The position numbers were made by a program, and so were the translations under genes. DNA of 64,000 nt from Nemertoderma westbladi. Lineage: Eukaryota; Animalia; Xenacoelomorpha. The stretch lies in assembly GCA_032718475.1 (NCBI GenBank), contig JAUCBJ010006248.1, positions 1-64,000 of the forward strand, in the 5' to 3' direction. Shown here in pieces: positions 23,490 through 35,700 of this stretch. The notes beneath the pieces were generated by a model, which did no database searches, was not told the origin of the DNA, and was given only the letters and a program-made list of their open reading frames with translations. How positions within the stretch are numbered: the stretch's first letter is position 1; the number at the start of each line of letters is the position of its first letter.

Positions 23490-23775
23490 ACATTGGAAAT
23501 AAATTCGCTTCCATTGGAATTAAATTCGCTTGCATTAAAACTAAGTTCGCTTCCATTGGAACTAAATTCGCTTGCATTGGAACTAAGTTCGCATCCACTG
23601 GAACTAAGTTCGTATCCATTGGAACTAAATTAGTTTTCGTTATTCTCTAGTATTGGAACTAAGTTAAAATCAACAAACTAAAATTATTAAAAACATTACT
23701 AAAATCACCAAAATTGGAACTAAATTCGTTTTCGTTGGAACTAAAATCACATTCGGCTTAAATTGGAACTAAGTA
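23490..23775. repeat. 21-bp minisatellite (CATTGGAACTAA.TTCGCTT.)
   Basis: About 7 tandem units at 23490-23640 plus degenerate units downstream. Confidence 0.85.
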
Positions 23776-24285
23776 CGAGGAGTCAGTTCGTTTCGTGTTA
23801 CCATATTTAATATTATATTGTTGTCTACGCTATTGATTAGGCCTATACATTAGCTATGTATGTATTTATTACCTGTAGGCCTATATATTCATCTATATAT
23901 GGTGCTGGCATGTTTCATTGGTACTGCTCTAATAAATATATAATATAATTTAATATTATAGTCGAATAACTATTATATATATTTTTTTATTCCTAAATCT
24001 AAATTATTATATTTAATTTCAATGAACAAAGAAATTTTTCATTGAATGAAGTTTACATAGTAACAATATAGGATATTAAAGTTAATGTCTTTTATTGTCG
24101 GCGAGTCCTAATTAAATATTAAATATAAATATAAAGAATAATAAATAACAAATCAGAATAACTACCAATACGGACCGGTAGTATAGTGGAAAGTTTATGT
24201 TACATGGGATGGGAGTCGTCTCTTCGGTTTCTATGTGGTCCCGTCAGGTCTCAATGGGGTCTCCTTGAGTTTGATAACAGCGAGT

Positions 24286-24920
24286 TTAGTCACCGAAAAT
24301 CTTGCTGGTAGGTGTGGCAGCAGTTCCCATGGATGATGCAGCAATGCTGATCAAAATTGCCACCTCAAGGCGGAAGGCGTTGCAGCAGAAACTGGTGCGA
24401 CGTGGACACGGTTCGATGTGGATGCGAGCCCCGATCTCCCGGAGGAAGGTAGTGGTATCTGGACCGTGGTGGCATAAGGTCTCAAAGGCAACAGGGTGAA
24501 ATAAGTCCATTAGGTTGCGATGCTTAGCATTTTTAGTTTGCTCTGCCCCCTCTGCCGTGCGTCCCCCAGCAAGGATTGTCTGTTGAATGTGGCTGAGGGG
24601 CAGCGGATCTACCATTGTGGCATCCATGCGAGGGTTCGGCACTGTGACTGCGGGGTCATGGTGACGCCGTCAACCATCGTCCCGTCGCTCCGACATAAAC
24701 CTGGGGGCTCTTGGATTGAAGACATCCCACAAGCAGCTGCATAGTGATCTCAACTAACAGCAGAGTCCATGGAGGCCTTCAGCAGCCCCTGGAGTGCCAC
24801 AGTGGCAGCTGTGATGTTCGACGATTTTACACCCCAGTCTCGTAGCGATGGCGATATGGAGCTGAGTATCGTTCAGTTTCAGACCAAAAGAGGACCAGGG
24901 CATCGCGTTGAGCCATCAAG
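24286..24920 (-). mobile_element. Decayed RLE-type (CRE-like) non-LTR retrotransposon, 3' region
   Basis: EPPGLCRSDGTMVDGVTMTP...DATMVDPL...AEQTKNAKH...FHPVAFETL resembles the PD-(D/E)xK endonuclease C-terminus. Confidence 0.7.
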
Positions 24921-24975
24921 TCAACTATTATATATATTTTTATATTTTTATTTAAAAAAACTTATATCCATCGGA

Positions 24976-25192
24976 GGGCATTTCGCCCGGGGGCATTTTC
25001 CCTTGAGGGCATTTCGCCCTGGGGGCATTTTGCCATGAGGCCATTTCGTCCTGGGGGTATTTTGCCCTGAGGGCATTTCGCCCTGGGGACATTTTACCGA
25101 GGCAATTTCTTCCTCATGAAATTACAATGCAAAATACACACAGAACGAAATGCCAACAGAGCAAAATGCCCCCAGGGCGAAATGCACCCAGG
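24976..25192. repeat. 16-17-bp minisatellite (GGGCATTTCGCCC.GGG) with inverted units
   Basis: About 8 units at 24976-25115; reverse-complement units at 25146-25192. Probably a transposon end. Confidence 0.75.
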
Positions 25193-26999
25193 AATTTTGA
25201 AATGACATGCTTCCATGCTTTATTTAATTGTGTTTTATTAATGTTATGTCCTTGGCAGATAGTTGTGGGCATCCGTATTTATAAATAACTAACTAAAATA
25301 TGATCAACCACTTACCACTGCACTAAGAACCATATTATATATCTAATGTAGTTAAGAATACCCTTATTTTATTTTTGTTATTTTTGTTTGGAATAGATAA
25401 TGCATCAGACACAAACATGTAGCTACTAAGAACACAGAATAATAATTAGAAATCTAAATCGATCGAATTTGTATTTTTGATTATCGAACTGTTACTTTAG
25501 AAATTGAATCAGCCAAGTCATTTCATTCGAATTCTCAAAAAGCATGTCATTATGTGTAATCGATTAAATACCGAATTCATCACCATTGTAACAAAGGAGC
25601 CTATTACTTTTCACTTAATTTGTACAAAAGGATTCTCGAAAAAATATAAATACAACATATTTTATTAAACTCGCGCTGTTTTTGTAATAGGTATTATGGG
25701 TTTCATGTGGCATTTGTTCATTATAAATGGAGAAATTGCGATCTTATATTTGCCCAAATCATTTTGATTTTTTCTCTTCATTGCGTTAATTTCGTTCTAG
25801 ATAATTTCGTGACTGACAATTCCTTTCATTACATCATCATATGTTATTTTATTCTCAACTTTTGAAAACTTATAGCTACACTACAGTGATGAGTGTCGTT
25901 TGAATAATGAGATAAGGGGAAAACGGGACGTAAATCTCATCTCGGAGAATTAATATCTCGCCTCAATGTTAAATTATCAACTATGTTTAAGGAGCATGTG
26001 ATTCTTAATTCTATCCAAAACAATACTCTAAAGTCAATAGAATAGGTTACAGTATTATCTTTGGGAGTTTTTAATGTGCCCGCTTCACAAACGAACGGCA
26101 ACGAACTGGCAGTGTAATTAACCAGAACACTCTGGTGCAAGTATGTCTGTAGTGTTCATTAGGCGTCAGAAAAACAACTATCCATATTGTCCTTTCCAAT
26201 TTAGTAGATAAAAGGGTACTGTCAATGCACCACATAAGTCTGTAAGTGCTAACGCGGGATTTCCTTGGTAAAGTGACACCATACCAGTGATTTCTGAAAG
26301 TACCAATGTGCTAACTCAGTAACAGACTTTAGCAACATTTAGCAACACCAATTCTGCACCACCCGCAAGAGGGCTCAAGTGTTCTAAAGTGCTAACTTAC
26401 TAAAAACACCAATAACAATAGTAATATTAGCAAAGTTAGGAGTTTGAAGTGATGGTATCTGTATATCTTGGAAGATAATGATTAGGTGTTTTTGTGTTGA
26501 ATATTTCAAGACACCACACATCATAAAATGCTAACTCATTATTCGTTCTTTGGGATGTGAAAGGAAATTGAATATATTATAATATTAATTATGTAATCAT
26601 TGGGGAGTGGGGGGGTGTACACACCAAATTTTATACTACCAAGTTTTTGCTAATTTCATTTGTGAAAATGTTCTCAAACATATAAAATATGTTAAATTAA
26701 AATATTTTATAACGTTCTATATTTTTCATTTTCAAAATAAAATAGAGAATCCTAAAAAAATGTTCTCCTTTTTAAACAATAGAACATACATTTCTGCATT
26801 TCCAATCGCTGATTTATCAGGCTACCAAAGGGGATCAGAACCTTAATGCGCATATAAGACAATGAATGCTCGTATTTATGGATGTATGTTACCACTATAT
26901 GATTTCTGCTGACTGGAATTATTTATTTCTGAAACACATTGTCATCTATATTGTGATCTATGGCTGATTAAAAAGCAATAAACACAATAAACGCAATAA

Positions 27000-28410
27000 A
27001 TAGAATGCTGTGCCGGCTTGACGGCAAAATTGAGCCACCACAACTCCCTATCACCCATGACATTTGCTAGATCATCCGAATCTTCAAGGCCAGTGTCCTT
27101 TAAGACGCGTCTCAAGAAAGTCATGGGCTGTCCACCATGCTTATTCACTGCATGATGCTACCAAAGAACAAGATTATGCACTGACTGGTCCACACGGCGA
27201 AAGCAATGTCCTGCAAAGCGGAGGCGGGTTTGTTCTAGTGTCAAGCCTGGGGGAACCAATGAGACACCTCCAATGTTATATTGTGTCTGGTTGGAGATGT
27301 GTGGATTGTACTTGACACAGTGAACCCGGCGTAGCATTCTTGTGAATGTGCCATCCAGAGATTTGGTATCCTCTTTGGTATACTGGAACTACTGCTGCTC
27401 TAAATAATCGTACCTTAAGATTCCGATTAATTCTATGTGACTTCCAAATCCTGGAAAGCCTATTCAAGGCTGCCCATGCCTTTCCCTTGCGTATTCGAAG
27501 GTCTCGCCTGACCTCCGGATCCATGAACCCTGGTGACAGAAGTCGTCCACATGCTCAAGCATACCATCCTTTGAGCTTATGCTCATCCGGTCAGAGACTT
27601 GCTGATGACTTTCATAGTTAACTGTCAAAATTTTGGTCATTTTTGGAGTTAATAAAAAGACCAACACTAGAAGCAGCATGTTCTAATGAGCTGAGGAGCC
27701 GTTGGGCTCCCTCTAGTGATTCTGAGAGTACTCCTAAGTCATCAGCAAAGTCTAGATCAGTTAGGTACTTGGCAGGATTTCCTCGACTTCTGGAGCCAGT
27801 AGGTGGAGTTATCATCACCCCCATCATCATTATGATGATCTAGTGACATGCTTATAGTCAACCATAATTATGAACAAGAATGGCGCAAGTGTGTCTCCCT
27901 GGAGGACGCCCCATAACACTTAAATTGGTTCTGTGTCACCGTCAGCAGTAGACACAAATGTTGTCGAACCATCGTATACTGATCTGATTGCTGCAATAAT
28001 TTCATCATGAATCCCATATAATGAAAGTATGCTGAACATTCGTGAGCGAGAGACTGAATAAAAGGCCTTGAATAAGTCAACAAAGATAACAGCCAGATGC
28101 CTGTCTTTCTTTTTTGATCAATCTCCTCAATTATCCTTCTAAGTACCAAAATGGGCTCCATGGTCTCACGACCTTTAAGGAACCCATTCTGATTTCCAAG
28201 GAGCAGTCTCTCAATGGGATCCAGAGGGATCAATGGGATCTAGATAAGCTTTAAACACTCAGGTATTTTAAATACCTCAGGGGGAACACCATCTACTCCA
28301 CTACTGGCACGATTGGTCTTAATGCTCTTTGCAGCAGCCTTCACTTCTGCAAAGGAGATATCGCCAATGGGAATATCTGGGAGTACAGACTCAGAACACT
28401 TTTACTTCTT
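27000..28410 (-). mobile_element. RTE-like LINE, decayed RT region, same family as 1-308/4550-5153
   Basis: NQNGFLKGRETMEPILVLRRIIEE, GVLQGDTLAPFLF, LTDLDFADDL, RIRKGKAWAALNRL; multiple frameshifts. Confidence 0.9.
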
Positions 28411-29452
28411 TAAAGTTATCAGGCGATACCCTGTCATTGAATTAAATACACTGCATTCCGGGACATGGCTTATTGGTTTTATGTATGTATTTAGAGAGGT
28501 TTAAAGTTTTGACCTCGAAAAGACCAAGAATAGCAGCGGTGTGCAATAATGGGTAAGAAATTGGTGACACATTTTCAAAATACTTGTAGCAATTTACGTT
28601 ATAGCAGTATATGTAAAAATTAAAATTTGAGATTGCACGAAATTTGACATACAGAATGACCTCTCTATTTTCTGGAAAAGGAAACTTATTGCAAGGATTA
28701 AGGATTTAGAATAATATATAATTATGAGAATAAATTAATTAATGGTTGTTGATTATGTGCCATATTATTGAATGCTTTTAAGAAATTGAATTAGTTGCAA
28801 AGACATAGACGTTTAATATATGAATTGAATAGGCCTAATGTTAGCACTTTATGCTTTCTGTTGGCCGGTATTATTCATTTCAGAAACTCATAATCTCCTC
28901 TTGTGATCTCGGCTTGATTAATAATCAATTTATTTCAATTTTAGTTATAAAACGCTAACATCTGGTCTGGCTTGCTATGCAATAATTATACAACAAAATT
29001 AGCCTTAAAGAGCTAACATTTAGAATATGTCTTATGGAGAAACTCTATAGTGCTAACAGTTAGCACTTTACCTTTTTCAATAATTCTGAATCTGGTCGCT
29101 AGGGGGCAGTTGTTAAAATTTGTTGCTATTTGACGTTTTTAATTTGTGCTTGCAAAGGGGTCAAACTGCTAACACTTCGAAATGAGCCAATCGGAACCTG
29201 GAATTGTAGTCAACTTGTCTCAACAAATTTTTTTCAGGGAGTGTTAGCACTTTAGGTTAGCACTTTAAAACAGTTAGCACTTTACCATTGCAGGACTGCT
29301 GTTTGTTAGCACTTTAGTACTTCTAAAAACAGTATATCATTTTAAAGGTACACCGTAATTGTGTTAAATAAGCACAATTATGTAAAGTTGAATTTTTTCG
29401 AAAAGTTTGTTGTTCAACATATAGAATATTTATTATATAATAATAAATATAC

Positions 29453-29703
29453 ATGGAGCCTCCACGTAAAGCGTTAGTGTTTGCAGTCTTTTCTATGTTC
29501 CTACAAATAAGTGTAGCTGAAATTCTCAGCTACTCCGAGAAACAGCTGATACTGAATTGGCACAATGATAGACGCCGCAATGCGGTGGACCCGGTCCATA
29601 CAAATGTGGATTTTAGTGGAACTAAAGTTCCTGATGCCAGTGGAATGAATGAACTGGTATGGGATGCTGATCTGGAGAGAATAGCCCAGCAATGGGCTGA
29701 TGG
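29453..29703 (+). CDS. Copy B exon 1 (signal peptide and CAP N-terminus)
   Basis: MEPPRKALVFAVFSMFLQISVAE hydrophobic leader; WHNDRRR (CAP3); MNELVWDADLERIAQQWADG; GTGAGT donor. Confidence 0.9.
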
Positions 29704-32700
29704 GTGAGTAACGTTACTCTAGGTATGCAAATGTAGGCCTGAACCTGAAGGGGGGTATAGTCTGAAAGGGGTATTTTCAACATAAAATGTTATGCTGTGC
29801 TCTCAAAGGAACACAACACACTCGAACTTTCACAAAAATGCATTCGTTCTTTCAAAATAACACTTTCACATTTAAAAACTAATATGGTTCTTTGTGCTGC
29901 CGTATTTCACAACAGATATAACGTATCATATAAGATATAAGATATAAGATAGGTATAAGATATAAGATAGGTATAAGATATAACGTATCATATAAGATAT
30001 AAGATATAAGATATAACGTATCTTTCAGATGTTCAAATGCACATGGGATTATGAAGAATACACCGGAATTTATTTATTACAAGAGTATCTACCGTTCTAG
30101 CGGAGGATTGGGGCAGAATATCCACGGTGATGGGAGTCCTGCCTTACTGGAATCCGCATTGTTCGATTTCTACGACGAAGTTCAGTGAGTACCAGATAAT
30201 CATTAGGTTCCACCTCGGTGTAGTGGTCGCATTGAATTCACATCTCCCGTGGGTCGTGGGTTCGATCCTCACATGGGCCAGGGCAGTTTTCGTTTCGGCA
30301 CGAATGCTTTAAAGGGACCAGCCAGGGCGCATCTCTGCCTTGCCTCCTTAAGTGGTAGCTAAATGAGTACTAGAGTTTCCTCTGGGGAGTAAAGCTCTGG
30401 GGGGACCGCACTGGAAATTAATTGTCAGACTTTGTGCGTAATCCCTGGCCTAGTGGCCGAAGAAAATTTACTTTACTTTTAATCCCCATTCAGATACGGA
30501 AAATATTATTTTTCACTATTGATAATTAAGGTGGGCAAAGAAAGGTTTGTCCCCTTTAGAGAGATTTAATTTAATAGTTACTGAACTCAGTAGTGTTGTA
30601 TTATTTATGTATGTATATTGTATAAACTGTTTGTAGCTTTTTAGAAATGTAACCAACATTTAAATAAAAAAGTACTTCGGGCGTCCTAAATTATATATTA
30701 TGTTTAGAAGCTATTTCATATTATTGTTTAGCTTACATTCAATCGTTCTGTTGTTACCTTTTCTTACATTACACCACAGCCAACTACCAAATGTCGTTTT
30801 TCTTGTAAAGGTAGAACAAACGCTAGCCTATAATATATATTATATAAAGGCGTAGCTTCTGTTCTACCTGTAAGAGTGTATGGCGTTTAGGTTTATGGTT
30901 AGAGAGATACACATCAGTGTGTTGCGCATGTCGTTGTTTGTTTTTTGTTCCTTATAGTATTTGTGTTTTTGACGATGGCACTTCTTGCGCCTGAGTACTA
31001 TATTTGGGTTTAAAGGTCTCGATTCTATATTTCTTTGGTAGTCTGTTGTGGTGTAAGACCCCAATGTTTACCTATTTACTTTTTAATTTAGATTTTGTAT
31101 GGGGCGTTCTACCATTAATTAAATTGCTACATTTCTTAATTCTTGCATACTATGAATTATTATTATTTAATTTAAATTATTATCTATGAATAATAAATAA
31201 TTTAATACATTTTATCTAATTTGCCCCAATTTTTAGATTTTGTGTCCCTATTATTTTATTATGTAGCACATTTTTAATGATGTGTCTAAGGAAAAAAAAT
31301 GAATTATCTACATTTCCGAGCTAAAAAAATAATAATAACGTGCAAATGTAATTAAATGAAGTTATTTAATTATGTACCATAAAAATATTATCCCATTGTT
31401 ATCCCAGACGGTTCACGATGGATTCTTGGCATTGCGAGGGATTTGAAAACAATCGTGATATCCCAAAGTGGATAGCTTGCGGCCACTTTGACCAGTTGAT
31501 GTTACAACGGCTTACTAAAATAGCCTGTGCGAGAGGCGCGACCTGCAACTTTTTGGTGTGCGAGTATTTCGATGGTATGAACCGTCTACCTTGGTGTGAC
31601 CCTGCGCTGGCAGACTACGAAACGTGTTTGTTTGTAAGTAATATATGTAGAGAAGTAAATATATTTCTCATTAACTCTTAACTTAAATTTAATTTATTTA
31701 ATCTTGTACCTGTAATCTTGTACTTGTAATCCATACTGTACTACAATATACTATACTTTGCCACTTTACATAATAATTATACTAGGCCTAGTAATATTTA
31801 TGTTATATTATACTAATTAATATTTATAATATTTATTTATCGTTAATAGTGTACAACATTTATATATATATGTAGATTTTCTACATTGTTTTTGATGGTA
31901 TGTGTTAAACAGGGGCGATCAGGAGCGCGTTATTACTGCCGCACTGCTGCTAAACACAAAACTGCTTCTCACCGCTGGATGGCGCTAACCTGGACGTTCG
32001 CTAATATATTTTACTAATTTTATACGGCTCCTGTAAATCGCTTGTTCCTTTCTCTGTTGATCGCTCAACAGAGAGCTAACTGTTCGAATCTATGAGCCAC
32101 GCGGCAATAACCAAAACAATAAACCCGAATCGACTCCCTAAGCTACTTAAAACGAGTGCGGGTGGCCAAGCACTCGGAGTTCACTTATCGCAAAATACTG
32201 GAATTCACTGGCAGAATCGTTGAATGTGAGAATGTTTTAATAATCTACGGGGACAGATCTATTACTTTCTTAGGTGCCGAAACTTGGCCTTTGGCTGGTT
32301 TTAGACCAGCAAACTTACTACTGCTGTACTGTATACTGCACACTGCTGTCAACCTGTTGCCCCGCTATTTTCAAATAAACGCCTAGCGTGAATAGTCTAC
32401 AGTACTCCAAATAATTACTTTAACTACTCTCCACTATGCTGCGTACAAATTCTTAATTTTTGTACGGGATCCGAGAATCCCGACCGGTTGGTTTATTTAC
32501 GCGTCCCCGCCGCCAGTGAAAGAGTTTGTTATCTTGTTATCGTTCCGGAATTGTTAATGAGATATAATATAAAATATAGTCAGGTAAAATAGATAGCACA
32601 ATTGATAGATTGACTGATGTATGGTAGTATGTGATATAATTGGTGATGGTGGCGGCGACGGTAATAAAAGTTACCGTTCTGCCCTAACTGAACTGAGTAA

Positions 32701-35700
32701 ACTAAACTATAATATAAAACACCAACTGGTAATATATTGCACTGTGTTGGCCTTACTACTCAGATGATGCCTCTCCTGTCCCCCCATTGGTTGATAACCT
32801 ACTTCTCGCCTTCACCTCTGCGGGAGTGTTTCCCCCCCTCTGCTGTTACTTTCCTTCTCCCCGGAGGCTTAACCTCTGACCTCCATTGTGTGCGACCCTT
32901 TGGGGTTTGTCATCCCCGTTTATTGGGGGTGATACGAGGTTGATTGGCAATCAACCTCGTACTCCTAAATATTGCTTAAAGGCGCCGCTTTCCCAACTTT
33001 GTGGGGTGGTTAGCGGAATTGAATCCGCTAACACTCCCCCCTATGCTATCTTCCCGGTGAGAAGATAGCATCAACCTCAAGTGCGCTTCAATTCCGCTGG
33101 AACTCGATCTACTATCGGGTGTGGGGTGGAGTTCTTTTACTCTGGAGTCGGCTTTCAAGGCCGCTCCCTATGGGTATGATGTCACTACCCTCTCTTGGTG
33201 CAACTCCATCCTATGTTGCACCAAGACATCTGGCGTCTCGTGTCGATTGTGGATTCTCACACAATTTTTAAACTCTCTCACTCTGACTTTTCACTCTACT
33301 CTATCTCTAACTCCGCTCTAACTCCCCACTCTTACTCTCTCCCCACGCCTGAATCGCACTTGCTGTACTCTCTCTCGCCAGCAGCTCCTCTCCATACTCC
33401 ACTCATACTGCCCTCAAAGGCGCTAATTTTATGTTACCCCTGTGCTATCATTCTATCTACCTACTACTTACTTCTTACTTACTATCTAACTCTCTTACTA
33501 CTTACTTACTAACTCTCTAATTCTAATAACTCTCTAACTCTAACTAGCTCTCCTTGCTCTACTAACTCTCTTAAGTCTACTAACTCTAACTAGTTCTCTA
33601 ACTAACTCCTACTAACTCTTCTAAGTCTACTAACTCTAACTAGTTCTCTAACTAGTACTCTCTAACTCTCTACTAACTCCAACTCTACTAGCTCTAACTA
33701 GAACCCTCTAACTACGTGGCGCTTTCGGTGCCCACAACCACTCCCGACTTCTAACCCTCCCGGTACTACATACCCTCCTACTCCCGTGGTATGTCTATAT
33801 ACCACACTCCCTATACCCGCCGCCTTCTAACCTCTTACTATCTTTCTAACTAACTTTTACCGACTTTCTAACCTCTACTTACTGTCTAACTATCTACTAA
33901 CTATCTTACATACTTACTCTATCTAACTTTCTAATTATTATCTAACTTCTAACCTTCTAACTCTTTTATTTTATTATTTAATTATTTTTATTATTTTATT
34001 AAAATAATTATTCTTGCGTGGGAAGGGCGTCTCGCCTTCATTCCCACCCCCACAGTCCAAAATATTGGACGAATAAACTCTAAGGTCCTCCTTGATCTTC
34101 CATCGACTCTTTCCAGGAGGCGTTCTCCCACTGCCCCCCTATACGTCCTCTTATTCTTCGCCACACTATCTCCGCCAATTCCAACTCACCAGGAATTGGT
34201 TCTCCCTCTTCTGCCACCCTTAAATCGGGTCTCTCTGCTGCCTTCTTAATTCCCTCGTCTCTTGGCATCAAAATGCCACCTCCCACCTTGTTGTCTCCCG
34301 GCGGCAGAATGAAAAGAAAGTGAAAGAACAGGCAAAACAGAAGGTACAATAGTAATCATATCCCTTTCCATCCTGTCTTCTTACTCGAGCTCCCCCTTGT
34401 CGGTATGCCTCTCAACTGGACCGGCGTCTCTTCCGGACACTCCTCTGGACACTCCTCCGGACACTCCTTCTGACACTCCTCTGGACACTCCTCCGGAGTG
34501 TTGTCCTCCGGACATCTCGCCGTCCGCTCCTCCCCATCCCCATACCGATACTTGCTGGGACCCTTGTTCCATCCCATTGCCTCTAAGTCTTCGACGTCAA
34601 ATCCATTTTCCTCTGCCCACTCTCCTACTGTTACTTCCCCGTCTGGCTCATCTACCATTTCCGGTTTCTTCTCTTCGTCCTCTGTGTCTACGGTGCCTGG
34701 TAACATGCACCCTGATGTCTCCGTCACTCTGGATGGAATCTTGGTTTTAACTGGGCCGCTAAGCGTCCATCCAAACGGCGTGAGGATCGCCGTCGGATCC
34801 CGCTGCCTGTGTTCGCCAAAGACCGTCTGTATTCTCTCGTGGGCTGTCGGGCAGTCCATTCCTACTATGATGGATACCTTCCTAACGTCCACCTCTGGTA
34901 TTGAGAAATCGATACTGTCCAGGAATCTATATTGTTCGACCTCAATGTTGGTTGGTCGCCTGGCGTTGATATTTATCGATTCTATCACGTGGATGGGGTC
35001 AATCGTCGCCCCATAATCGCATCCCGGTGCAATCGCTGATATCTTGCACCGTCCCGTCCTCATCTCCAGGACCTCATCCTTACTTGAAACGGTAGTTACC
35101 GCCATTCTATTCGGCCTCGTCTTTAGCCCTATCTCTTCCGCCACCCAGTTCTCCACCAGTGTGAAGGCTGCTCCGCTGTCGACCAGCATTAATGTTGTAA
35201 CTGATCGTCCGCCCTTTCCTGATATCTTCACAGGTACTACCCCAAGTAGTACTTTTCTCTCCCTTCTTACTCCTGTCGTGCTTGTAGCCATTGTTTGGCC
35301 TCCAGTCTCATCCTCTCTTGCTGCTGTTTCTCTACACTCTCGGATCTGTGTCCTTCTACCACACATCGATGACATAGTCCGTTTGCGTCTGTGTAGGCTA
35401 TACGATCTTGTTTGGGCAATGCTTGCCAGTGCTTACAACTCCTGGTTTTATGGGTTCCGTCCCGATGTAATTGACATTCGAATCCTGGATTATAGCGTTC
35501 CCTGTATAGTCCCTCACGTATCGCGCCTAGGTTTTATCTACCGATTTAGTGTTTTGGTTGTCTAGACTCGGCCTACTGGGTATATTGGGATTATGTTTAT
35601 TTGTGGTGTTGTTTTCTTTCTGTCCCTGCCACGGTGTGGCCCTACTCCCAGCTAACTGTGGGCTTGTAGCCCCCTGTGTGGCCGCGTGTGGTAGCGACTG

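Noticed and set aside
23490-23775. Regularly spaced repeats (also 60483-60748 and 24976-25115) as a CRISPR array
   Set aside because: Units are contiguous with no unique spacers, the context is eukaryotic and no cas genes are present; these are minisatellites.
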